Shown: in pieces, positions 11,710 to 24,270 of the stretch
Layout: the number at the start of each line of letters is the position of its first letter
Numbering within the stretch: position 1 is the stretch's first letter
Origin: Cycas panzhihuaensis
Taxonomy: Eukaryota > Plantae > Cycadophyta
Reading direction: 5' to 3'
Assembly: GCA_023213395.1 (NCBI GenBank)
Contig: CM041465.1
Coordinates: 116,629,741 to 116,693,740, forward strand
DNA length: 64,000 bases
The notes under the pieces: model-generated
What the model saw: the letters and a program-made list of their open reading frames with translations, nothing else
Databases searched by the model: none
What the model was told of the DNA's origin: nothing
Program-made: the position numbers and the translations under genes

Positions 11710-11992
11710 TGGATATTAATACATCAAGGTCGTTAGATTAATTATATAAAGGTGACTTTAGGTTAGCTAAGTCACATAGTTAAATGCAATTTCATTTACA
11801 TTTAAGTGTAATTTTGTGATTATGTCATTAGGTAGGAAACTCCTTTGGAAACCCTAAGGCTGATTGTAAAAGGGAGAGTCATAATTCTCACCTCTCTTTT
11901 TTCGCTCTCAATCTTGTTCTCTTCATTTTACTCTTATTGTGTGACATTTTTTTAGTGTAGTAGAGTATGATAACTAGATCCTTCACCTAACA
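11710..11992 (+). repeat. Probable 3' LTR of the 8591 copia
   Basis: TG follows the PPT and the segment ends ...CACCTAACA. Distantly similar to LTR 13809-14106. The partner LTR lies outside the window. Confidence 0.65.
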
Positions 11993-12755
11993 CATCCCCT
12001 TTATTTAGAGGCCTATATAGGTAAAACCTAATTTATCATCAATCATCTTATGCCACTTCTCCCTACCTAGGGATGATAACTAGTTCTCCACCTAGTCTTA
12101 CACCATACCCACATATTAGAGGTCATCCTTTAGTAGCATTCCCTCCTAAACCTGCCTAGAAGACTTAGTACAACCCATTTATTTTTCCTTACTAAGCTCA
12201 ATAGGCCTAATCAATCACCACTCCTTTTCATATAAGTATTCCTTAAGGGATCTTTATGTAAAGGGGCTTACCTTACTAGACCTAAACTTTTACTTGTCCA
12301 TGGTGGTATTAGACTCCACCCATCCATTCCCCCTCCTATGAAGGCATACCCTTATTGTACCCTAATGTGTGGAGAACCCATACCTTATGTGGTAACTCTA
12401 CATGCTAAGAAAGTAATTGTATACTAAGCTCATGGCATACCCTATCCAACCTTGACCTATCAAACCTACCAATAAGGATAGCCTTCCTATGGTAGTGTCT
12501 AGTCTCCATATCCTTACCATCCTCAACCCTAACTTGTGTCCATTAATACTTTGGCCTAGCCTAGGGATTGTCCTTTTATAGATTCTTAGACTAATTTATT
12601 ATCACTTGAGCCCCTTTAGACTAACCTTTCCCTACACCTACTTGAGGTCCCAAAATTTGAGGGGACCTCTTCCTAAGGTTATATAGATTATTTCAAGATA
12701 TTTATATTAAAGTGTATTGATTATTAGACATATGATGATATCCTCATGAAGCTCT

Positions 12756-14106
12756 TGAAAAGGGTTAATGACACAAGGTCATTACATTAGTTGATTATTT
12801 TGAAAAAGGGTATTAAGTGAACTTTAAATTAGATCACTTAAGTAAAATGCACTTTTGTGTGCATTATGTGTAATTTCATTTCACCTAACTCTAATGCTCC
12901 CTCTTTCAATATAAAAGTAAAAGCTCAATGGAGGAGATTCATTCTTACCTCCCCATTTTGTGAGAGCTACTTTCTTTCTCTTAAGTCTCTCTTGCTCCCA
13001 TGTTTGCCTTTGTGTTTAGTTGCAGACTCAACTGCCAAAGCTAAGTACATTGCTACTTCTGAGACAAGCAAGGAGGTGATATGGCTTAGAAAATTATTGA
13101 ATACATTAAATGCCACCCAAATAAGTTCTACTAGCTTATATGTAGATAATCAATCTATAATCCAGATGGCTAAAAATCCTGTATTTCATGATCGTACTAA
13201 ACATATAAATATAGAAGTCCACAAGATTAGAGAACTAGTTCATGATGGCACAATTTAACTAGAGTACTACCTCACAATAGATCAAGTGGTCGATATGTTC
13301 ACTAAACCACTGAAGAGGGTGAAATTTGAATAGTTCTAAAAGTAACTTAGCCTTAGGGCCTCCATCTCTAACTAATTAAAGGAGATGACAATAGGACCAT
13401 CATACTTTATCTCATTCGTGAAAACCCCTTATGGGTATGGAAGGACAAGAGTAAGTCTTTGCTCTATCCCCTTCGTGAAAACCCCATGTGGGCACGAAAA
13501 GATAAGGGTTGTATCATTTTGGAAGATCAGAACCTATGAAAACCCAAAAGGGCATGGGGGATGACCAAATGGTATATGGAGACTCAATAGATTTTAGCTA
13601 CAAAATTCATTGTACTGATTGGCTATCTGGCTACATTTAAAGAGATGCCTGATCTAGGTTAGTAGATTAGAAAATTTATGGGTTTTCTTCCCCATGAGGG
13701 TTTCCCATAAAAGTGTCATAGTAGTTTACTTTGTAAGAGGCTCAAATGAAGACCTCATAGGATAGAATAAAATATGATGAAATAACCTTCTACCATTAAG
13801 CGGGAGATTGAAAAGGGTTAATGACACAAGGTCATTACATTAGTTAATTATTTTGAAAAAGGGTCTTAAGTGAACTTTAAATTAGATCACTTAAGTGAAA
13901 TGCACTTTCATGTGCATTATGTGTAATTTCATTTCACCTAACTCTAATGCTTCCTCTCTCAATATAAAAGTAAAAGCTCAATGGAGGAGATTCAATCTTA
14001 CCTCCCCATTTTGTGAGAGCTACTTTCTTTCTCTTAAGTCTCTCTTGCTCCCATGTTTGCCTTTATGTTTAGTGCATGGAGATGAAGGATAGATCCACTC
14101 TTTTCA
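12756..14106 (+). mobile_element. Internally deleted Ty1/copia (truncated 5' LTR joined to RNase H, 3'UTR, PPT, 3' LTR)
   Basis: TSD GCTCT (12751-12755 / 14107-14111). LTR copies at 12756 to about 13020 and 13809-14106. RNase H DSTAKAKYIATSETSKEVIWLRKLL...YVDNQS...FHDRTKHI. Related to the 8591 copia. Confidence 0.93.
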
Positions 14107-17100
14107 GCTCTTTCCTATATTACTTTAAGGGGATACCCTTAAGTGGTTCCATCATTAGCTACCTTATTCTATTTGCACCTTCCAATAGTTACTTCACACA
14201 TTTTTTAACTATTTTGATATCTTAAGACCCTTTAAGAGTGGGGCCAAAGACCTTCTTTCTCTTAAACAATGCCTTAATGAATTAACACCAAGATTTTTTT
14301 AGGAGATTCTATGACCTTCATTTGTCTAAGGCCATGCTACCTAAATACTTGAAGAGGGACAATTTTATGAATTCCCTTCATCTTGAAGTTCATATGAAAG
14401 TCATCAAAATGGGAGTAACCACATCTAATAGTTTCATTTCTAAATGCCTTGCCTTACAGTACATTAATATCTAAGTAGGCATTAAGAAGCTCATTAAGCT
14501 TACCTTGTAGTATAAGGAACTTCCTCCCATAAAGCATTTTGGATCATAGCCATAGGCTCCCAGACCCTAAGTCAATGCCCTTAAAAAAATCCTCAACCCA
14601 TTTACCTTAATTATTTATTTATTTAATTAGGTAATGCATGGCTTCAAACTATAATTCTAACATACTAAAAAGCAAAATCAATAGTCCAAGACTGATATAG
14701 GTATAGAACCATCTACCAAACCATTCAAAGCCCTCCTTACCTAGATGATAGTAATGCAAATACTCCTCCCTCTGAAGAAGTAGTGGCTAGTCCACCATCA
14801 CTACTTCCATGATGATACCCATTATTAGACTCAACATCTTGAGTTCATACCCCCATGTGGGTCTCGACTACCCTCCCCATTTAAAGCCTAACCTTAAATA
14901 ACTAATCCAGAAGGACCCTTTCTTGGAACATGAGGATCCTAAGCCTTAGGCCCAAAAGGGTAAAGAGAAAACCCAACTTTAATTATATTAGGCTATTAAG
15001 CAGTCTTAAGAGCTACTAGAGTAAACCACCTACTCCCTGTCCAATACCCTAACTACTAAGGACCAAGAGTCTGAAGAGGCTTTGTAATAGTATAATACTA
15101 GGGGTAAATGAATTATCAAGATGATTGAGACCACCCACTTATTTAAGATGCATCCACCAATGCCTGTAATGATTTCTTAATATCTCCCTTACCTAAGAAC
15201 TCCAAAGTTCAACACCTATTTGGATGATACAATAGGAAACTTATGGACTTAAGATGTAACCTTTAGGATGTAATTAATATTCATATGATATGTTAGGTAT
15301 GTTTGAGCCCCTTTACTCACCTTATTACCCTAATCCCTTTCTAGATTTAGGGAAATATTAACACAAGGAATTCTACTAATAAGGAACCCCAAGTTAGGAT
15401 GGGTCATATAATTAGTCAATCTTAGGACTTTAGAAATCTTATAGTTGTCTAAATTGATCCATATTAGGCCCATATAGTCTATGACTTAAATTTAGATTCC
15501 TTATTTTTGTATAATGAGTTAATCATATGTGATTGGTCACTTAAGCCATCTCTTGGTATGTTTTATAGCCCCCCAAACTTTGATCAAGATTTAGAGCCTC
15601 TTCCTTCTCCAAACTAATTGATTATTTAGGAACCATTACTTGAATCTCCTTTAAAGGCCATGTATCCTCCTCTTATTTAAACTAAAACTCATACTAGGTT
15701 CCTTCATATTAGGCATTAATACCATGTTTTTGACCCATCTAGATCCATTAAATATTCTCTATGATTATTTGATTAGTGGGTTGATCGATATACCAACCCT
15801 TCTTTGTGGGATCCATAGCCCTCAACTAGGGTTAAATTGATCAATGATATTGACTATTTTAAGAATTAAAATGCCCTTTTGGATCATATTATTAGAGATT
15901 CCCTTAATCTCCTAGGGAATCACCATAACTTTTGATTTTAAAGGTGTCTTATTATAGGTTTCCCCATGGCTAATCCTCATAAAAATTGGTTATCCTAGAT
16001 CCACCAACTAACCATGCCCCACCTTGTTTTGAGGAGAAGAATGTGCTTTTATAGGAAACTATTGATATCATGATCTCATTAGGGAGGGTCATTAATATAA
16101 GGGTTAACTACAACCTTGAGAATATTACAAAGTATATAGAGCTCTTTTGAGAGTCCCAAGATATCTTTAAATGGGATTGTATTGATATGAAAGGCATAGA
16201 CCCAAAGATAGTAATGTATAACCTCACTACTATCCTAAGGGATAACCTAGTTGGATAAAAACAGTGCCCAATGTGTCCCAAACTTTTCATAGCCATGAAA
16301 ATAGAGGTGAAGAAGATCCATAATATTGGCCTAATTGAGTCTATAAACTACCCATGTTAGGTCTTAAATATAGACTTAGCGGCGAATAGAAAATGGGATA
16401 ATTCACATTTATATTGACTTCTAAGGCTTATATAATACTTACCCCAAGGACAATTTCTCCCTATCCTACATTGACTAAATTATTGATATGATGGTATGGT
16501 TTGAGATAATGTCACTCATAGATGGGTTCTCAAGCTATAATCAAACCCAAATCTTGCTTGAGGACCATTACAAAAACACCTTCATGACACCATAGGGTGC
16601 CTTTCACTAAAAAGTAATGCCTTTTAGGCTTAAGAATGTTAAGGCCATATGCTAGTGAGCTATGTGCTTTATGTTCCATGATTACATTAATAAAATCCCC
16701 AAGGTGTATATAAATGACTTATTAGGACTTTCCTATAAATGAAAAGATTGCTTTATCGATCTTTCTTAACGTTCTATTGATATTATATCAATTTAAATCC
16801 CCATAAATGCATATTTATTATCATATCCAGTAAGCTCTGATGGTTCATTATGTGTAAAGAAGGAATTAAAGTCAAACCTAAGAAGTTAAGGATGATCCTT
16901 GAGATTCACCTTCCTTGAACTCAAACATAAATCAAATATTTTCTTGGGATATGGGGTTTCTTCAATATCTATTAGCTAATTTTACCCTAAATGCTAAGCT
17001 TAAGAAGGAGGCTCACTTCACTTTAGATTCCAACTATCTAAGATTCATTTAATGAACCTAAAATAGAGTTAGTTTCTTCCCTAACCCTAGTACAATCATG

Positions 17101-19779
17101 ATTTGATAAATCCTTCATCTTTTATACTTCTTCAAAGATGAATCACTTAAAGCTATGCTCACTTAAGAGGATGATTTAGGAGTTGATCAAGCAATGTATT
17201 TTATTAGCTACACCCTCATGGAGATGGAGCTTAACTATATATCTGTAGAGAAGAAGTGCTTTATATTAGTTTATGACATAAAGAAATTGAGACACTACTT
17301 ACTAGGAAAAATTGTAAAGGTGATCTTCCAATTTAACCCACTCTACTTCCTTTTATTAAAATTCAACCTTATAGGGTGAGCCAAAATGGGTAATATTACT
17401 CTAGGAATATGATCTTCAAGTGATGCATTTCAAATCTAAAGAAAGAATGGTCATCATTGAGCAATTCATGCATATGCCCCTCCCAAATCCCACTAACATT
17501 CCTATATAAACTCACTACCTAACAATCCAATCATGCCTTAGAGGACAATCAAAGTCTAAAGGGTGATTAATAACAATTAATATGGAGATATCATCTAGTT
17601 TCTAACTCACCAAGTCTATCCAGATGATGGAAGTGATAAATAAAATAATTGCATTAAGGCCATAACTCACCAATATTTCCCAGTTCATCATATACTCTAT
17701 AAATGATCATTTGAGGTGGTCCTCCTCTAGTGTCTTAATACTAATAAAACTCATAAGATCCTTTATGGATATCATGATATCATCTATGGGGAGTACTTTG
17801 GAGGATAGCCCATGGTAAAAAAGATCCTTTGCATGGGCTTTTTGTATCCCACCTTATTTAAAGATGCCCATGGCTACATCCTATAGTATGAGATGTTCCA
17901 AAAGCACTTAAACATTATTCATATAGCTTTTAAGGCCCTACATACCATCATTTCCTCTTGGATATTTTCTTAGTAGGGTTTGGACTTAATTAGGGCCATC
18001 ACACCTCCATTTTTCTTATAGAAAAAGTTTATATTGACTACAAATGAGTACTTCACTATGTGGGCAAAGGTGATCTCTTTATCCTTGACCACTAGGAAGA
18101 TTTTTGTGATATTCATATTTTAGTATATCATTTAATAGTTTGAAGTCCTAGACATTGTAATTACAAATAATGGAACTCTACATTACAACAAAGAGGTAGA
18201 TGAACTTTGTGATAAATTTCATATCATACATAAAGCATCATTCCTATATTACTTTCAAGTAAATGGGCAAATATAGGCATTTAATAAAATATTTATTTCT
18301 TAAAAGAAGAATATGTTAATGTATTAATAAAACTAGCATACGTAGTTATACCTTATACTTTAGGCCTATTGCATATCCATTTGAACTACAATAGGTATGA
18401 CTCCATTCTCCCTTGTCTATAAGTTGGAGGCTATTCTCCTACTCAAAGTAGAAGTCCCCTCACTCAAGTGTCACTCAAGAGATATATAAATGAAGAGTGA
18501 TATTGATAGACTCATTTGTTAGACCTAGAAACCCTGGATTGAATGTGCCATGTGGGTTATCAAAAAAACCTTCCCTCTGAAGCCAAGGCCAAGCTACCAT
18601 GAGATATATTTAGAGCCTCAAAATTTTGTCCCTAGGGATAGGGTCCTCAAGCTTAAATACTTGTATATTCACTTACTAAAACTTATACCTAAGAATATTG
18701 TATGATTTATGGTACTTGAAGATTTATCTAATGAAGTATATAGGATTATTATACTTGAGAGGCTTGAATTTGAGAAATTTATTAATGCATGGTTTCTAAA
18801 AAAATACTACATTTAATCCTACCCTAATAGTGCTCTAAAATGAACCTAAACTATCATGCTCCACCATAATCCTAAACTAGAACTCCTTCTAAATCATCAA
18901 TTGCTAATAAGGCTAAAAGATGGTGACCTAATCCTAGAATACAACACCAAAAAATCCCCTCCAAACAACCAAACACTGATAAGGTTAAACTAATGTGATT
19001 GAAATCAAGTAAGATGAGCTCACATCTTTATGAAGTATCTTTCCTTATGAAGAAATATACCCAACTCATATCGCTCTATGATGAACTTGCTCCCACCTTA
19101 GGCATCACCTAGAAGGCATTATACACGTCCATGAGTGTAAACTAGTGCATATACTCTATTATGAGTATAAATTATCACGTATATATGTTATTTAGAAAAA
19201 GCAAAAAAAAAAAATTAAAAAACTACAAAAAAACCAAAAATATCTCATCTTTGAGAAGAGAATAAATTATTTTGTTCTATTTGAGTTCAAATTAATATCA
19301 TACGTGTATGAACAACTACTTGTGAAATGTCTAAGAGGTGCATGCATACTATAAATAGTAGAGTAAGTAATAAAAGTTTAATACAAGATATAACCCATAA
19401 ATACTAAGGAGCTTAAATCAATATCCTATTTGTATATATACATTAAAAAGTCATAATATAAGTGTTGAGAGAACCTATGCTTTTATGACGGTGTATAAAA
19501 GGCTCAAGTAAACTATATGGACACATTTCCTAACCCTTATAAAGTATGCTTAACTCTTCCCAAAGAGTACAATGAGTATATAATGATATCCCCTCTCACC
19601 TTCTCTAGGGGAATTCTTTAGGGATACTCTAATGGAGGTATATTTGAGTGTTGTTTGGGGCTCTAAGAGTGTGGTTTCCTTAATAAGTTGGCCTGGCTTG
19701 CCTCATCTCTAGCCTAGGGTTTCTCCCCTCTCTACTTTGTGATATTTATCATGATACACATATATGTATATCATGATCT

Positions 19780-21480
19780 CATAATAATAAATCTCTCATA
19801 GTCATTACTATGTTGCTACTACATAATCCCCCTTTGCAATAAGGCACTCCTTTTTTATAGCAAGATCCTCTACCTTTGTTTGTAATACAGTGACCCATAC
19901 CTCTACCCCTAGGACTACCTATAATGGAGGTGATACCTAAGGTGCTTGATTCACCATCTAAACTACAATAGCATACAATTAAGAAATGGTAGCCTAGTTG
20001 GCTACCCATATATCTATTAACCTCACTAAGGGCATAAAAACTAGTGTATAGAGGCATGGTAACACTAGAGGCCTTATGTCAATAATGGTAGACTAGCCCT
20101 ATACATACACCTTAGGAAACATGGAGTCTAGTGCCTAATAAATAAAATCAAGAGTGAATCCCATGAATCCCACAAACTTTACAATAGAAAAGAAAGAGGG
20201 ATTAGTCTCAATATAGTGATAAAAGTAATATAATATCAAGTCCAAGTCAAATTAAAAGTTATAAAAGAGAAGGAAGTATGGATTGAGAAAGTAACCTCTT
20301 CCTCAACCTTATCATCATCAATCTACTCTCCTTGGCCAAGGCCACCTCCTTAATTAACTTATATACCAACAGCTGCCCAAACTCCACCTCCACCTCCACC
20401 TACCATAGCACTTTATGGTGGGGCCTACCCATATCCATCCTCATCTCCTCCTTGTACCTCTTTGGGCACCACCATATCCATAATGTGCATGGGACCTCTA
20501 CCAACTTTTCCATCTCCTACATTACCTCTACCACCATGTCCCTTACCTCTATCCTCTTGTTATATGTGCTCATCTATATCTAACTCCCAATGGATGTTGG
20601 TGTAAGGATTTTTAATAAATCCATCCATCTTCATCTCATGTAAAGAACCAGTAAAGATACTTCTTATGAGCTTGTCTAGTCTAAGACCCCTAAATTAAGT
20701 AGGCCATTTATGCACCAAAGGATTATCTGTACCAATATCTTATGGCCCTCCTTAAGGGTGAGTGCCAATATGATGATAAAAAAACTAACAAGAAAGAAGA
20801 GCGCAGTAAGATAGCCACCTAAATCTAGTTAATCTAATGTGGTCTAACTATACTTGCATGTTGGCTATTATCAATGTAGCCTAAGTCTAGCTACTCATTC
20901 ACCTTGCACTATGCCATGCTTTCTTTCCATCCCCTAAGGAAGTATATATAATTTTATTATCAACTAACTCAAAATAGGATGGCACATATAATCAAATTTC
21001 ACCTTAGTAGAATATTAGCAACTAGGCACTAAGATAATAGGCCCTCTCAATGGTCCCACTCTCTACACTTATGAAAACACATTATTGTTACATCATGTAC
21101 CTTATCATTACTGGTCAAAATTCCCAACTCTAGGGGGTTTTATACATGGTACACCTAAAATCCTCCTTGCACCTCATGTGGTAATTCTTGCATATCCAAT
21201 AAGTGGTAAATGAAAAACCTGTCATTTATGATCCCACTACTCTACTATATTGATAAATAATAATTGAACTAAGATGTATTAGCACAAGGTAATAATACAA
21301 AGAACTATATGTCTCTTTAAAATTGCTTGAATGTCATAATCCATGCCAATAACTAAATTCAACATCACTTGGCTACTATTTTCATGGTTGATGATGACCA
21401 CTACCCTTTGTAAATATAAAACTATCATTATCTAACACCTATAACACTTGTGCATACTAACGAATAGAAAAATACAAAAA
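19780..21480 (-). pseudogene. Antisense extra ORF of gypsy A with a Plant Mobile Domain (aminotransferase-like, PMD) signature; boundaries approximate
   Basis: Minus strand about 21250-21147 translates IVE*WDHK*QVFHLPLIGYARITT*GARRILGVP, matching the PMD core ERWxxxTxTFHLPxGExTITLxDVxxILGLP. An acidic/Gly-rich tail follows at about 20560-20290. Confidence 0.6.
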
Positions 21481-21895
21481 AATCCTAAATCTTTTTGTTT
21501 TTTTGCATCTTCTATTTTGTACTACCACACCATATTTTCTTCATAGTATAGGGTTTATACCATTATAAAATTTCTTGTAGGACAAAGGTGTCCTATAGTA
21601 AATTTTATAAGGGGATTATCCATCCCTTAATGATTTTCATGGTGGTACTTAGCCATACCAATTTGAAATTCATTATGGAAGGGTGGCCCACTAGGGCCCA
21701 TCCCATAAAGATTCATGCCTATACAAATTCACTAAAAGCCCAAAATATTTTCGAAAAATAAATAGAAACTTAAAAACTTAAGCTACTAGGAATGAATGGG
21801 GTATCAAATTACCCTAATCTAACCCTAATTGGAGGTCTAATTAGACCCCATTTGACCAAAAGATACTAATTTTGGGCAAAACACCAAAATGGGGA

Positions 21896-24270
21896 TGTTC
21901 TTGTTACTTCATGTATTGTTCCTTATGCTCAATCCATAATGCCTAGTGACTTTTGATCTACATGTTTGAAATGGCTAGTAAAAGGAAAGCATAGAAACTC
22001 TCAGGTAAATTAAACCTAATTTGAGGGAATAATAAACCTCATTGAATAATTGAGAGCTCAAAATAAGATGTTATAATCTATTTGTTCTGTATTTTTAATG
22101 GTACTAAGAGTCAATGTCTTGATCAGCATAGGCTTAACTAATAGGCATTGATCCTTAGAGAATTAGTTATTTAGGTGAGGTAGAATAAGGATAAAAGAGA
22201 TTAGTGTAAAAGAAACACTTTGTTATATATAATAGTGACTAGACTCTCATACAATTATCATTAACACTAATATAAGAGAAATAAGAAAGAAAAATTTATA
22301 GATTAAAAGATCTCAATTAACAAAACACTAAGTAATATGATACAATTAACATAGCCTAGAATACATTCACATAAAAATTCATGTTGACTTCAAATGAGAG
22401 TAGAATGGACGATCCACATACACTAAAAATAAAATGCTTGATGTTTCACCCATAATTTTTAAATCAGAATGAATCATTCACCTTTAAACTATTGGATATA
22501 GATCATAATAGATAAAAGATAAATAATATTAATCTATTAATTTCCAAATGATTTAAACATAATCATAGTGTACTTTAGTAATTCCTTAATCTAAAATACC
22601 ATGATTTATGAGAGCATAAAGCTTCCTGGAAAAAAGATTTAATTGAAACTAATAAAAAATAAACTAGACTTCTAATTAATAAATTCTTCAATAGCACAAC
22701 CATGAACTTGCTAAAGAATCTACGAAAACCCAAAGACCGAGACTTTCTCCTTAGACACTAACAACAATGAAATAAGAGAATAATAAAAACTAAGAATACC
22801 TAGAACACACTTTATACTAATGGAATTTTAGGAGTTAGCCTAGAATTCTCTTTAGTTGAATCCATTCTCTATCTTCTTCTCATCTTTTATATCCTCCACC
22901 CTATATATTACATGACTAACTAGAGGGAAATAATTATGATAATAATTTTGAAAATCACCTTAATATTGGGAGATTAATTGTCTATAATTTCTATTTTCCC
23001 TACATTCTTAAAATTTAAAAATTTGTTAATAGCCTAGATAGTGACTCATCATCCACTAGAAGATAGGTGTCTTAAGTGTTTATTTTAATTATGCCACTAC
23101 TACCAACACTATACCCAATTCATAAAGACATGTAAAACAAATCCTAATAGATAAATTTTTTCTAATCTTAAGGAGACTAAGGGGCAAAAATTAATTATTA
23201 TGCAACAAACTTTACTGTTATCTCCTTGTAGATTTTGAATTAGCTAAAGGTTGAATGTTTCCATAATCTCTTCCATCCAATAAATGGGCTCCTCCAAAGG
23301 TGATAACTTTTAATCTTATTCTTTCATCAAATACTTTAGAATCACTTAGTTGGAATTCTAAGATAAAATTCTATCCTATTATCCTATTACTGGAACCCCT
23401 TGCTTAAAGTCTAGTTACTACTGCTCTAGACTTATTTTGCTTGCCATTAGGTCATAAAAGTCATTTTTATGCATCACTTCTTGGTCTTTCAACATAAATG
23501 GATCAAATAAGATAGCAATAGATGTGAGATTGAGCATAAGAAGATCCATTATCTTATCAACCTCCTTAATTTCAATCTCAATTACTTTTCCCTTTTCAAT
23601 ATTAGAGTCTAATACATACTACCATTTGAATGATAAATTGCTAATAGGCCTAGTTAATATAAGCAACATCAATAATTAATTACTTCTTAAAATTATAAAA
23701 GTTGCTACCTACTTATAGTTCCTACTAATAAGTCATGAGTACATAAGTTATTTCTTCACTTGATCCATTAACTCTTCTATGGATGTTGAGAATTTTATTG
23801 AAGATATGCCAGAGTAAGGATATTAGGAACTCTTCCTTACATAGATTATCTACTAGACTTAATGTAAATTATAGCCTCTTGGTTGTTACCCCTATATTCT
23901 TTATTATTTCCTCAACCTTGAGTGTAGGTGTATCCTTTAGGGGTTTAGTAGATATGTTATCACTCTAAGCCTCATGAAATTGTTTGATCCAGATATTCAT
24001 ACTTATGTTCTCAACTCAAAGATCCTTATTCTCTTGCATTACTAATTTTAATTAACTTTATAGATCAATTAGTTTATCCTTAACTAGTTATCTTATGGAT
24101 ACATGCAAATCCATATACTCCACTGCTACATCATTCATGACTAACTAGGAGGTGACTCCCACTTTTCTTTTTCCTTTGACTACAATCTTTTATAAGTTCT
24201 TATCTCCTTTGTTTTATTAATAAATTTTTTCTTTTTTGGTTGTATCAGAGGTCAACAACTTGGTAAAAGC
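21896..24270 (-). repeat. LTR-like terminal repeat (at least 2.4 kb) of the Tat element, 3' copy
   Basis: Colinear with 46327-46636 plus 51828 to about 53860 (roughly 75-80% identity by eye). Both copies begin TGTTCTTGT on the + strand (CA end on minus). Confidence 0.8.

Larger units (their letters stand above)
8591..11992 (+). mobile_element. Ty1/copia element, 3' part (INT-RT-RNase H-3'UTR-LTR), degenerate
   Basis: Integrase YCISFIDDFTRKVWV and [23 protein letters not shown] and LIFVDNML. RNase H VDNQSIIHMVKSPIFHDHTKHI...VADIFT. PPT AAGGGGGGGATAAA at about 11696-11709, then a probable LTR at 11710-11992. Confidence 0.92.
11993..21895 (+). mobile_element. Non-chromoviral (Athila/Tat-superclade) gypsy A: Pro-rich gag, RT, RH, INT and a long 3' region; degenerate, no LTR in window
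   Basis: gag LEVPKFEG...YDDILMKL|FP..LR...LKWF, split by the 12756 insertion. RT DIFKWDCIDMKGIDPKIV, PKDNFSL, MPFRLKN (about 16150-16950). RH YISVEKKCFILVYDIKKLRHYLLG. INT GFLYPTLFKDAH, ending INAWFLKKYYI* at 18816. Homologous to 57200-63600. Confidence 0.88.

Noticed and set aside
19720-19790. Short similarity to the LTR end at 56870-56900, suggesting an LTR of gypsy A
   Set aside because: Only about 25 bp match, with no extension, PPT or TG...CA boundaries.
21886-21895. AAAATGGGGA before TG at 21896 as the PPT of gypsy A, making 21896 onward its 3' LTR
   Set aside because: The homologous copy at 46327 abuts a minus-strand PBS and gag, and the repeat does not resemble the gypsy A family LTR (53881-56942).
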